A stretch of 24,000 bases of DNA from Chitinophagaceae bacterium (GTDB lineage: Bacteria; Bacteroidota; Bacteroidia; Chitinophagales; Chitinophagaceae). The position numbers were made by a program, and so were the translations under genes. How positions within the stretch are numbered: the first letter of the stretch is position 1; the number at the start of each line of letters is the position of its first letter. The stretch spans positions 1 to 24,000 of the forward strand of contig JBDSPR010000039.1 in assembly GCA_039930245.1 (NCBI GenBank), read 5' to 3'. A model generated the notes under the pieces. That model ran no database searches and had not been told where the DNA came from. It saw only the letters and a program-made list of their open reading frames with translations. Shown here piece after piece: positions 1 through 7,662 of the stretch.

Positions 1-75
1 TATTTAAGATTGTCGATTGAATATTGCTGATTGAGACATTCTAAAATATTCAATATGCAATCAAAAATCTTAACT
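1..75. repeat. AT-rich intergenic repeat element, copy 1 of 3
   Basis: Contains a perfect 10-bp inverted repeat, ATTGAATATT (16-25) / AATATTCAAT (45-54). The overall pattern (TATTTAAnATTG...TTGAATATT...GATTGA...CAATA..CAATC) recurs at about 700-770 and about 1404-1490. Confidence 0.5.
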
Positions 76-153
76 AAAACTACCCTTTCGTGGTATTGGC
101 CATTTTAATGAACAGGGATAATTTAGAGCAATAGAAATAGTGAGGGAGAAATA

Positions 154-696
154 ATGGCAAAGACAAATAAAGTTGGGGTGATCCCGGATGAACTGGTAAT
201 GAGTAAAATTTATATTATCAGGGATCAAAAGGTAATGATTGACCGGGATCTGGGCGAACTGTACCAGGTAGAAACAAGGATCCTGAACCAGGCTATCCGC
301 CGGAATATTGCCCGTTTTCCCGCGGACTTTATGTTTCAGTTAACGGAAAAAGAGTTTGAACATTGGAAATCACAAATTGTGATATCCAATGTTGAAAAAA
401 TGGGGTTAAGGAAAAGACCGCTGGCTTTTACAGAGCAGGGAGTTGCTATGCTATCCGGAATATTGAACAGCGAAACAGCTATAAGAGTTCATATCCAGAT
501 AATCAGGGTGTTTGCTAAAATGAAAGAACTGCTTCTTTCTCATAAAGACATTTTGCTACAATTAGAAAAGATAGAACGAAAGCTTACCGGGCACGATGAA
601 GACCTCGCCCTTGTATTTCAATATCTCAAGAAATTACTGAACCCGCCGCAAACGCCCCGAAACAGGATCGGTTTCCGGAGAAAAGATCAAGAATAG
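154..696 (+). CDS. ORF6N (KilA-N-like) DNA-binding domain protein
   Basis: 180-aa ORF. The N-terminal half (IRDQKVMIDRDLGELYQVETRILNQAIRRNIARFPADFMFQLT) matches my memory of the conserved ORF6N domain, common in Bacteroidota phage- and mobile-element-associated genes. The C-terminal tail looks coiled-coil-like. Confidence 0.8.
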   Translation: MAKTNKVGVIPDELVMSKIYIIRDQKVMIDRDLGELYQVETRILNQAIRRNIARFPADFMFQLTEKEFEHWKSQIVISNVEKMGLRKRPLAFTEQGVAMLSGILNSETAIRVHIQIIRVFAKMKELLLSHKDILLQLEKIERKLTGHDEDLALVFQYLKKLLNPPQTPRNRIGFRRKDQE

Positions 697-699
697 GTC

Positions 700-817
700 T
701 TAATTGAATATTGTAGATTGAAGACTGAATATTGTTTATTGTGCATTAAAATATTCGATATTCCGAGCTTAACCGTCATTCCCGGCTTGACTGTCATTCC
801 GGTCTTGACCCGGAACC
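700..817. repeat. AT-rich intergenic repeat element, copy 2, plus two GTCATTCC..CTTGAC hairpin units
   Basis: ATTGAATATT at 703-712 has an imperfect inverted partner, AATATTCGAT, at 750-759. It is followed at 774-817 by CGTCATTCCCGGCTTGACTGTCATTCCGGTCTTGACCCGGAACC. The last unit can fold as TTCCGG/CCGGAA. The same arrangement recurs at 1501-1545. Confidence 0.6.
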
Positions 818-881
818 AGTTTACTTAAAGAAAAAATCTTAAATTTCTGCTATGTATTTCACCATCATCTAAACCGTAGAA

Positions 882-1403
882 ATGAAAATCATCATTTCAC
901 TATTCGTTGTTGCCCTTTTTATACATCCTGTTGCGGGACAGAAAAAAGGCATGAAAGAAAAAGCTTTGGAGGAAATCGATAGCCTGGTTGCCAATGCACT
1001 CGAATTCCTGGGAAAAACAGATTCGTTCATCCTCGCGGCGGGCCGGCCTTTTTCAATCAAAGGGGGTGACAAATGGGATGCGGAAGTGATCAGGGCCAAT
1101 AAAAAGAACAGCATGGACGTCAGCAAGACGATCATTATCGGCACCGGTTGTGGGGCACTGATGCTGATGGTCTCTGCAAAAACCGGCCTGGTATATGCCG
1201 TCACTTTTGTTCCCCATGCAAAAGCAAAGCTGGATGGCGCGGACATCATGAGTTACCTGGCCAGTAAATACAGCTTTGACCAGAGAGGCAACAGCACGTT
1301 CCAGGCTAAAGATTTTTCCTGGGTTAGCGTGGGAATGCTTGCCGGGGGCGTCATGATCGCGGCCATGGAAGAAGATAAAAAAACATTGCGGTTTGAGCAT
1401 TAG
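882..1403 (+). CDS. Hypothetical secreted protein
   Basis: 173-aa ORF starting with a plausible signal peptide (MKIIISLFVVALFIHPVAGQ). No family recognised. Two overlapping minus-strand ORFs have no comparable features. Confidence 0.5.
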   Translation: MKIIISLFVVALFIHPVAGQKKGMKEKALEEIDSLVANALEFLGKTDSFILAAGRPFSIKGGDKWDAEVIRANKKNSMDVSKTIIIGTGCGALMLMVSAKTGLVYAVTFVPHAKAKLDGADIMSYLASKYSFDQRGNSTFQAKDFSWVSVGMLAGGVMIAAMEEDKKTLRFEH

Positions 1404-1545
1404 ATATTTAAAATTGAAGAGTGCAGGTTGAATATTACAGAGGGAGATTGAATATTTTAATTCTCAATACATCAATCTTTAATTCCCACTAGCCAAAACC
1501 CGTCATTCCGGGCTTGACTGTCATTCCGGGCTTGACCCGGAACAA
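1404..1545. repeat. AT-rich intergenic repeat element, copy 3, plus two GTCATTCCGGGCTTGAC hairpin units
   Basis: TTGAATATT occurs twice (about 1428-1436 and 1449-1457). CGTCATTCCGGGCTTGACTGTCATTCCGGGCTTGACCCGGAAC follows at 1501-1543, with a TTCCGGG/CCCGGAA stem. Homologous to the element at 700-817. Confidence 0.6.
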
Positions 1546-1549
1546 ACCA

Positions 1550-1645
1550 GACTCCCGTCTCCTGACTCCCGTCTCCGGACTCCCGTCTCCGGACTCCCGT
1601 CTTCGGACTCCCGTCTCCGGACTCCCGTCTTCGGACTCCCGTCTC
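1550..1645. repeat. 14-bp tandem repeat, about 6.9 copies (GACTCCCGTCT[C/T]CG)
   Basis: Units start at 1550, 1564, 1578, 1592, 1606, 1620 and 1634 (the last is partial). Only C/T variation at unit position 12 and one terminal G/T. The array abuts and overlaps the stop codon of the minus-strand dehydrogenase gene. Confidence 0.9.
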
Positions 1646-2690
1646 ACTTCAAACTCTTCATATCAATCACGAACCGGTACCGCACATCCCCTTTCAGCAT
1701 TCTTTCATACGCTTCGTTGATATCCGCCATCTTGATCAGTTCGATATCGGAAACAATATTGTGTTCGGCGCAGAAGTCCAGCATCTCTTGTGTTTCGGGT
1801 AAGCCACCGATCAGCGAACCGGCAAAACTCTTGCGACCAAAGATCACGCTGAAAGCCGGGATCTGTGCGGGAGTAGGTGGAACGCCAACGCAAACCATCA
1901 CGCCATCGGTGCGGAGCAGGCCCATATAGAAATTATAATCATGCTCGGCGGATACGGTATCGAGGATAAAATCAAAATAACCGGTCACGGCTTTTGTTTG
2001 GGCTTCATCACTGGTGAGTACGAATTTATGAGCGCCCAGTTTTTTTGCATCCTTCTCTTTGGCGGCGGTATGACTGAGCATGGTTACTTCTGCGCCCATG
2101 GCCACGGCGAGTTTTACGCCCATGTGGCCGAGACCACCGAGACCCAGCACACCCACTCTTGTACCTTTACCCACTTTCCAGTGTTTCAATGGAGAATAGG
2201 TAGTGATGCCGGCACAGAGCAGGGGTGCCGCTGCATCGAGGGGCAGTTTATCGGAAATATGCAATACAAAATCTTCGTGAGTAACAATGGACTGGCTGTA
2301 ACCACCGTGGGTGATGCTGCTGCCATCTTTTTCCGGGCTGCCATAGCTGAACACAGCTCCATTGGAGCAGAACTGTTCCAGGCCATGATTGCAATTATCA
2401 CATTCGCGGCAGCTGTCTACCAGGCAACCCACACCGGTGCGGTCGCCCACGTTGAATTTCTTTACATGCGAACCCACGGCTGTTACCACGCCCACGATCT
2501 CGTGACCGGGCACACAGGGATACACGGCATTGCCCCATTCGTTGCGGGCGGTATGGAGGTCGCTGTGGCAGACACCGCAGTAATGAATCTCCATCACTAC
2601 ATCATGCGGTTTGGGTTCTCTGCGTTCAATGGTCAGCGGGGCGATGGGGCTGGTGGCACTTTGGGCGCCATAGGCTTTTACTGCTGGCAT
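1644..2690 (-). CDS. yahK: Zn-dependent NAD(P)-dependent alcohol dehydrogenase / aldehyde reductase, YahK-like
   Basis: 348 aa with the GVCHSDLH...PCVPGHEIVG zinc-ligand region, a structural-zinc Cys cluster (CRECDNCNHGLEQFC) and a GLGGLGHMG Rossmann motif. The C-terminus (GGLPETQEMLDFCAEHNIVSDIELIKMADINEAYERMLKGDVRYRFVID) closely parallels E. coli YahK as I remember it. Confidence 0.9.
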   Translation of the reverse strand: MPAVKAYGAQSATSPIAPLTIERREPKPHDVVMEIHYCGVCHSDLHTARNEWGNAVYPCVPGHEIVGVVTAVGSHVKKFNVGDRTGVGCLVDSCRECDNCNHGLEQFCSNGAVFSYGSPEKDGSSITHGGYSQSIVTHEDFVLHISDKLPLDAAAPLLCAGITTYSPLKHWKVGKGTRVGVLGLGGLGHMGVKLAVAMGAEVTMLSHTAAKEKDAKKLGAHKFVLTSDEAQTKAVTGYFDFILDTVSAEHDYNFYMGLLRTDGVMVCVGVPPTPAQIPAFSVIFGRKSFAGSLIGGLPETQEMLDFCAEHNIVSDIELIKMADINEAYERMLKGDVRYRFVIDMKSLK

Positions 2691-2794
2691 TTTTTATAGT
2701 TGGTTTATGTATGTAACAAACATAATTGTAATAAGTTGATATAACATTGATTGTTTTTACAAATGTTGAAGGCGCAACAAACAATGTATAATAC

Positions 2795-4081
2795 TCACCT
2801 TGTTAAGCGATAGATCAGCAGCGTGGCTCTCTTGATAAGCCTGGGGTACTCATTAAGGTTGATCACTTCACCCGGTGCATGCGCTCCTTTGCCGGATGCC
2901 CCCAGCCCGTCAAGACAATCCAGCCATTCTGCCACATAGGAAATATCTCCGGCGCCTCTTGAACCCGGGTCACCCGGTTTTACATCGGCGTAACCGAGTG
3001 CTTTGCTGATATCGCTGGTAATTTTCACCAGCGCATTATTACCGGCCGTTGGCGGCATGGAAGGAATACCGTCTTTGAAATGGATGATTGCTTTTGTTCC
3101 CGGGAGCGACTGCGCCACGATCTGCTGCATCTTTATTTTTGTTTTTTCTTTTTGCGCTGCTGTCAAAAAACGGAGATCGCCGGTAGCCACCGTGCGGGGA
3201 GCAATGATATTGGTCTTTCCCGATACATCGCCCCGTTGCGCAGCTGTATCGTAGTTCACTTCAGTTCCGCCGATGAACAAACCAGTATTTACGGTGAGGT
3301 ATTTTTCGGTACTGAACTGTTTCCTGAATTCATTGATGATACGCGTCGCTTCATACACGGCGCCATAACCTCCTTTCCCGAACACCCCGGATGAATGCGC
3401 CTGCGGGGCGGTCACTTCGATCCTCCAGTCACTGGCGCCCCGTCTTGCCGTAGCTATTTTATTTAAACCCTCCGCTCCTTCAAAGGCCAGGGCGATATCA
3501 TGCTGTTTTGCTCTTTTGATAAAATCACCACGGCTGATATCTCTTGGCCGGCCGGCATTCTCTTCATCACCGGTAAAATAAACCGTGATGGTCGCATCGT
3601 CCAGGAGATGTTGTTCCTGCAACACTTTCAGTGCCGCGATCACGAGTACATCACCGCCTTTCATATCGTTCACGCCCTGCCCGGTAGCGGTACTGTCGTT
3701 CAGCATCGTGAAGGGGTTGGGAGGCATATCGGGTTCGAAGACCGTATCGAGATGACCGATCAAAAAAAGTTTTTTCCCTTTAGTGCCTTTGCGCCAGGCC
3801 ACGAGGTGACCGGCCCTTTTCAGGGAGTCGGGTAATTCGATCCATTCCACCATAAAACCAAGCGCGGCCAGCTCTTTCGCGTAGAGTTCGCCCACTTGCC
3901 TTACGCCTTTGAAATTGTAAGTGCCGCTGTTGATATCCACCGTTTTTTTCAGCAGCTGCAGGGTAGCGGGCATGTCGGCATCAATAGCAGCCACCAGTTG
4001 CTTTTCGGTCGCTGAAAGCGATTGTGTGTGTGCTGTATGTGCGACGACAAGAATAAAAAGAAGACCGCAGCATTTTTTCAT
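2795..4081 (-). CDS. M20-family metallopeptidase (carboxypeptidase G2-like), secreted
   Basis: HLDTVF and GVNDMKGG motifs are typical of M20/M25/M40 peptidases. I prefer the start at 4081 (MKKCCGLLFILVVAHTAHTQS, signal-peptide-like) to the longer ORF start at 4111. Confidence 0.75.
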   Translation of the reverse strand: MKKCCGLLFILVVAHTAHTQSLSATEKQLVAAIDADMPATLQLLKKTVDINSGTYNFKGVRQVGELYAKELAALGFMVEWIELPDSLKRAGHLVAWRKGTKGKKLFLIGHLDTVFEPDMPPNPFTMLNDSTATGQGVNDMKGGDVLVIAALKVLQEQHLLDDATITVYFTGDEENAGRPRDISRGDFIKRAKQHDIALAFEGAEGLNKIATARRGASDWRIEVTAPQAHSSGVFGKGGYGAVYEATRIINEFRKQFSTEKYLTVNTGLFIGGTEVNYDTAAQRGDVSGKTNIIAPRTVATGDLRFLTAAQKEKTKIKMQQIVAQSLPGTKAIIHFKDGIPSMPPTAGNNALVKITSDISKALGYADVKPGDPGSRGAGDISYVAEWLDCLDGLGASGKGAHAPGEVINLNEYPRLIKRATLLIYRLTR

Positions 4082-4276
4082 AATATATTTTGAAGAGGGC
4101 AAGTTAACCATTGCCCTTCATTTATTGACCAGCAACAACTCCGGGGTGGGCTCCCGTTTGATGAGTTGAACCACGAAGGCGCCAAGGAACAAAGATTTCA
4201 CGAAAGTAAACGCTGTGTTACGCTGTGACTTTGTGCCTCTGTGTTTCAACAAACCCAACTCTGCTAACTTTGCGGG

Positions 4277-4831
4277 ATGGCAAGAGTTATTTCCTCGATG
4301 GTGGCCCTGGGTACAAAAGCCCCGGACTTTACACTACCTGATACCGTATCCGGCAAAAACAAATCATTAAATGATATCAAAGGGGAAGCGGGAACGGTGA
4401 TCATGTTTATCTGCAACCATTGTCCCTTTTTGTTGCATGTGAATGACGAACTGGTAAAACTGGCCAATGATTACCGGGATAAGGGAATAGGTTTTATTGC
4501 CATCAGCGCTAATGATGTGGTCACCCATTCAGGGGATGGGCCGGAGCAGATGAAGGAGACGGCGCTCCGCCTGCATTATCCCTTTCCTTATTGTTATGAT
4601 GAAAAACAGGAAGTGGCGCGGGCCTATGCTGCGGCCTGTACGCCGGACTTCTTTATTTATGATAAAGAGAGGAGACTCGCTTACCGCGGCCAGTTGGATG
4701 ATTCCCGCCCCGGTAACGGGATACCGGTAACAGGACAGAATATCCGGGCGGCGCTGGATTGTTTAGGGGCAGGGAAGCGGGTACCGGCAGAGCAACGGCC
4801 TTCGATCGGATGTAATATAAAATGGAAGTAG
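4277..4831 (+). CDS. Thioredoxin-fold (AhpC/TSA-like redoxin) family protein
   Basis: 184 aa. LGTKAPDFTLPD followed by the FICNHCPF active-site-like motif is typical of thioredoxin-family thiol-disulfide oxidoreductases. A TAACTTTG (-7-like) motif at 4265-4272 lies very close to the ATG, so the true start may be the internal Met at 4298. Confidence 0.7.
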   Translation: MARVISSMVALGTKAPDFTLPDTVSGKNKSLNDIKGEAGTVIMFICNHCPFLLHVNDELVKLANDYRDKGIGFIAISANDVVTHSGDGPEQMKETALRLHYPFPYCYDEKQEVARAYAAACTPDFFIYDKERRLAYRGQLDDSRPGNGIPVTGQNIRAALDCLGAGKRVPAEQRPSIGCNIKWK

Positions 4832-5248
4832 ATGGCGGATGTGCATGATAAGAAGACACGGAGCTATAATATGTCGCAGATCAAAGCGACGAACACCAAA
4901 CCCGAGATGCTGGTGAGGAGGTTTTTGCATGCACAGGGCTTCCGCTATAAACTGCATCATAAAAAACTACCGGGAAAGCCGGATATCGTTCTTACGAAAT
5001 ACAAAACCGTCATCTTTATTCATGGCTGCTTCTGGCATGGACATGATAATTGCAGGTACTTTGTAGTACCGAAAACAAGGACTGACTGGTGGCTGGAGAA
5101 GTTATTCCGGAACAAGGCGAATGATAAAAAAGCTGTATCTGCGTTGAAAAAACTGGACTGGAAGGTTATTAGTGTTTGGGAATGTGACTTAAAATCTAAC
5201 AAGACTCAAAAGACACTATCTAAACTCCTTAAAAAAATCCGGTTTTAA
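4832..5248 (+). CDS. vsr: Very short patch repair endonuclease (Vsr)
   Basis: 138 aa with Vsr hallmarks: RSYNMSQIKATNTKPEMLVRRFLHAQGFRY, KPDIV and FIHGCFWHGH. The ATG directly follows the stop of the upstream gene (TAGATG). Confidence 0.9.
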   Translation: MADVHDKKTRSYNMSQIKATNTKPEMLVRRFLHAQGFRYKLHHKKLPGKPDIVLTKYKTVIFIHGCFWHGHDNCRYFVVPKTRTDWWLEKLFRNKANDKKAVSALKKLDWKVISVWECDLKSNKTQKTLSKLLKKIRF

Positions 5249-5307
5249 ACGTTTAATCCCAGGTTTTTTGATAGTTAAGATGTAATGTTGTGTAGTTTCT
5301 GAAAAAA

Positions 5308-6864
5308 ATGCAGCCGATACCAATTATTGATTTGTTTGCCGGTCCAGGTGGGCTGGGTGAGGGTTTTACGTCTGTTGTTGATAAAAAAAACAACCGCGTT
5401 TTCAGAATTGCTCTTTCTATAGAAAGAGATGAGTTTGCACATCGCACGTTAACCTTAAGAAGCTTCCTGAGGCAATTTCCGCATAAAAAATTTCCAAAAG
5501 AGTATTACCAATTTGTTCGTGATGAAATAAAAGACGTTCAGGAGTTATACAAATTATATCCTAAGGAAGCCGCAAATGCCAAACATGAAGTCTGGAAAAT
5601 TTCATTGGGAAGCCCGAATGACCATAAAGAAATAGACAGACGGATTACTGCAGGATTGAAGGGAGAAATAAATTTTGTTCTGATAGGAGGTCCGCCCTGC
5701 CAGGCTTATTCACTGGTGGGCAGAGCAAGAAGGCAGGAAGGAAATGGGTTAAACAAGGAAGATGAAAGAGTATATCTCTACCGTGAGTATTACCGGATAC
5801 TGGGCGTTCACAAGCCGCCCGTATTCATTATGGAAAATGTAAAAGGATTGCTGTCTTCCAAAATCGATAATAAATCTGTGTTCAGACAGCTTATTCAGGA
5901 CCTGCAAAATCCGGTCGAGTCATACAGAAAACTTGAAGGAAAGGATGATATAAAAAGTAAAACAAAATATCGGATTTTTTCTCTTGTTAAGAAACCAATT
6001 GAGTATGACCTAATTGACGGATCGCCAATATATGATGCAAAGGATTTCGTCATTCAGGCAGAAAAATATGGGATACCGCAAACAAGGCACAGGGTAATTT
6101 TATTGGGAATTAGAAATGATATAGATGTTACCCCTGAAATGCTTATACCGGGAAGTAAGCTAATTCCCGTTGAGGATGTTATATCCGGACTGCCTTCCCT
6201 TAGAAGCGGACTCTCTAAAACTAAAGATGGGAAGCAAGAGTGGAAGCAGGCCATGGAAGGTATTGTAAACACAATTTTAAAAAATCAGATTGATAAGGAC
6301 GTGTGGGAGAAAATGCTACAGGTTGTAAATAATCTTTCAATACCCCGAAAAGACAGAGGTGATAGCTTTATCGAGTGGCAGAACAAGGTTGACTACCAGC
6401 CATCCTGGTATCTTGACAACAAACTTAAAGGTGCTTGTAATCATGAAACACGGAGCCATATTGTGCAGGACCTTTATCGCTATTTATTTGTTTCCTGTTT
6501 TGCAAAAGTGAAAGGCAGATCACCCAAGCTTTCAGATTTCCCCAAATTATTGCTGCCCAAACATGAAAATGTAAATAAAGGAATAGAGGAAAATAAATTT
6601 GCAGATCGTTTCAGAACACAATTATATGGTCAACCTTCTAAAACAGTGACTAGCCATATTTCGAAGGATGGGCACTACTTTATACACCCCGATTCGGCAC
6701 AGTGCAGAAGTATGACTGTAAGAGAAGCCGCCAGGATACAGACTTTTCCGGATAATTATTATTTCTGCGGACCACGAACCGAACAGTTTCATCAGGTAGG
6801 GAATGCTGTGCCTCCTTTACTTGCGCAACAAATTGCATCAATAGTTCAAAAGTTGTTTGACTGA
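5308..6864 (+). CDS. dcm: DNA (cytosine-5)-methyltransferase
   Basis: 518 aa with the ordered m5C-MTase motifs: I DLFAGPGGLGEGF; IV GGPPCQAYS (catalytic Cys); VI FIMENVKGL; VIII QTRHRV; IX TVREAARIQTFPDNYYF; X GNAVPPLLA. About 200 aa of variable/target-recognition region separate VIII and IX. Confidence 0.95.
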   Translation: MQPIPIIDLFAGPGGLGEGFTSVVDKKNNRVFRIALSIERDEFAHRTLTLRSFLRQFPHKKFPKEYYQFVRDEIKDVQELYKLYPKEAANAKHEVWKISLGSPNDHKEIDRRITAGLKGEINFVLIGGPPCQAYSLVGRARRQEGNGLNKEDERVYLYREYYRILGVHKPPVFIMENVKGLLSSKIDNKSVFRQLIQDLQNPVESYRKLEGKDDIKSKTKYRIFSLVKKPIEYDLIDGSPIYDAKDFVIQAEKYGIPQTRHRVILLGIRNDIDVTPEMLIPGSKLIPVEDVISGLPSLRSGLSKTKDGKQEWKQAMEGIVNTILKNQIDKDVWEKMLQVVNNLSIPRKDRGDSFIEWQNKVDYQPSWYLDNKLKGACNHETRSHIVQDLYRYLFVSCFAKVKGRSPKLSDFPKLLLPKHENVNKGIEENKFADRFRTQLYGQPSKTVTSHISKDGHYFIHPDSAQCRSMTVREAARIQTFPDNYYFCGPRTEQFHQVGNAVPPLLAQQIASIVQKLFD

Positions 6865-6876
6865 TTACTTACTTTT

Positions 6877-7662
6877 TTATAATAAGCATACTTCTTGTTC
6901 AAAAACCTGTTCGACAGCACTGCTTAGTAGTCTTTTTTTGAAACCATTATACCGTACGAAAGCTTTAGCTACTTGCTTATCGTCAGCTGGCTTTCCTCCG
7001 GTCAATAAAATTTTGGCCATTATTTTTGAAACAAAATCATTGGGACTAAGAAGGCTAGTTTCAATAATATTGTTGATTAAATTCCCAAACCCCCCGCTCT
7101 TTTCGAATCTACTTTTCTCAGCCAATTTTTCAAGAAGGGCATACCCCTTCTCTTTATCATGCAATCTTTCTCCAATCAAAAAATATCTTCTGGGAAAAAT
7201 GTCCCTTGTTTTTTCACCAAAGCAATGTGTGAAAATTGATTTCGCCGCTCCTCCCAAGTCTTTCCTATCAATCAGTTTTTGCGCTCTTCTTGCCAGTACT
7301 TCTTTTAGAAAATGATTTAGTGACATCCATCTCCACATGGCATGATTATCAATATGGTTTTTAGAATAGCCGACCTTTTTTAATTCTTTATGGAAGATAA
7401 TTGCATAGTCGAATTCCATTCTATCGATAGGAACATCATGATTTTTTATTGTCAATAGGTGTAATGATTTTTTAATCGATGAAATAGCAAGAGCCTCGTC
7501 ATTGGAGATTTCACCTTCAATGTCGAGATTTAGTTTTTCCAGAAAGGAGCTAAACTCTTTCTGGGAATAGTTACAATATGGGGTAACTGTGTCTTCAAAT
7601 CTCCCCAAATCAGGACGTAATAGCTTTATCAAGTTCTCAGTTGATGTTTTGAATACTTTCAT
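6877..7662 (-). CDS. Hypothetical protein, operon gene 4 (function unknown; weak PD-(D/E)xK-like motif)
   Basis: 261-aa ORF, last gene of the minus-strand operon. Its stop lies 12 nt from the dcm stop (convergent). It overlaps the upstream gene by 26 nt. P78-I-D80 ... E93-L-K95 loosely fits PD-x(n)-ExK. No family recognised. Confidence 0.6.
   Translation of the reverse strand: MKVFKTSTENLIKLLRPDLGRFEDTVTPYCNYSQKEFSSFLEKLNLDIEGEISNDEALAISSIKKSLHLLTIKNHDVPIDRMEFDYAIIFHKELKKVGYSKNHIDNHAMWRWMSLNHFLKEVLARRAQKLIDRKDLGGAAKSIFTHCFGEKTRDIFPRRYFLIGERLHDKEKGYALLEKLAEKSRFEKSGGFGNLINNIIETSLLSPNDFVSKIMAKILLTGGKPADDKQVAKAFVRYNGFKKRLLSSAVEQVFEQEVCLL

Noticed and set aside
869-1400. Two minus-strand ORFs (126 and 115 aa) opposite the 882-1403 ORF
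   Set aside because: The plus-strand ORF is longer and begins with a convincing signal peptide, and the minus-strand ORFs lack any recognisable feature. Strand choice here remains only moderately certain.
1514-1720. 68-aa plus-strand ORF with a repetitive DSRL/TPVSGLPS peptide
   Set aside because: It is just the conceptual translation of the 14-bp tandem repeat and hairpin units, running into the antisense of the dehydrogenase gene. It has no coding features.
1941-2699. 252-aa plus-strand ORF
   Set aside because: It lies entirely antisense to the well-supported YahK-like dehydrogenase gene. This is a shadow ORF typical of GC-rich coding regions.
4112-4276. Possible small RNA or riboswitch in the 165-bp gap between the M20 peptidase and the thioredoxin-fold gene
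   Set aside because: I could identify no conserved structure or known motif by eye. The gap is most simply a divergent promoter region, with a TAACTTTG motif at 4265-4272.
6857-7315. 152-aa plus-strand ORF that would extend past the dcm stop
   Set aside because: It is antisense to operon gene 4. It is Ser/Leu/Phe-rich, as expected from reading an AT-rich gene backwards. The minus-strand ORF is longer and fits the tightly packed operon.
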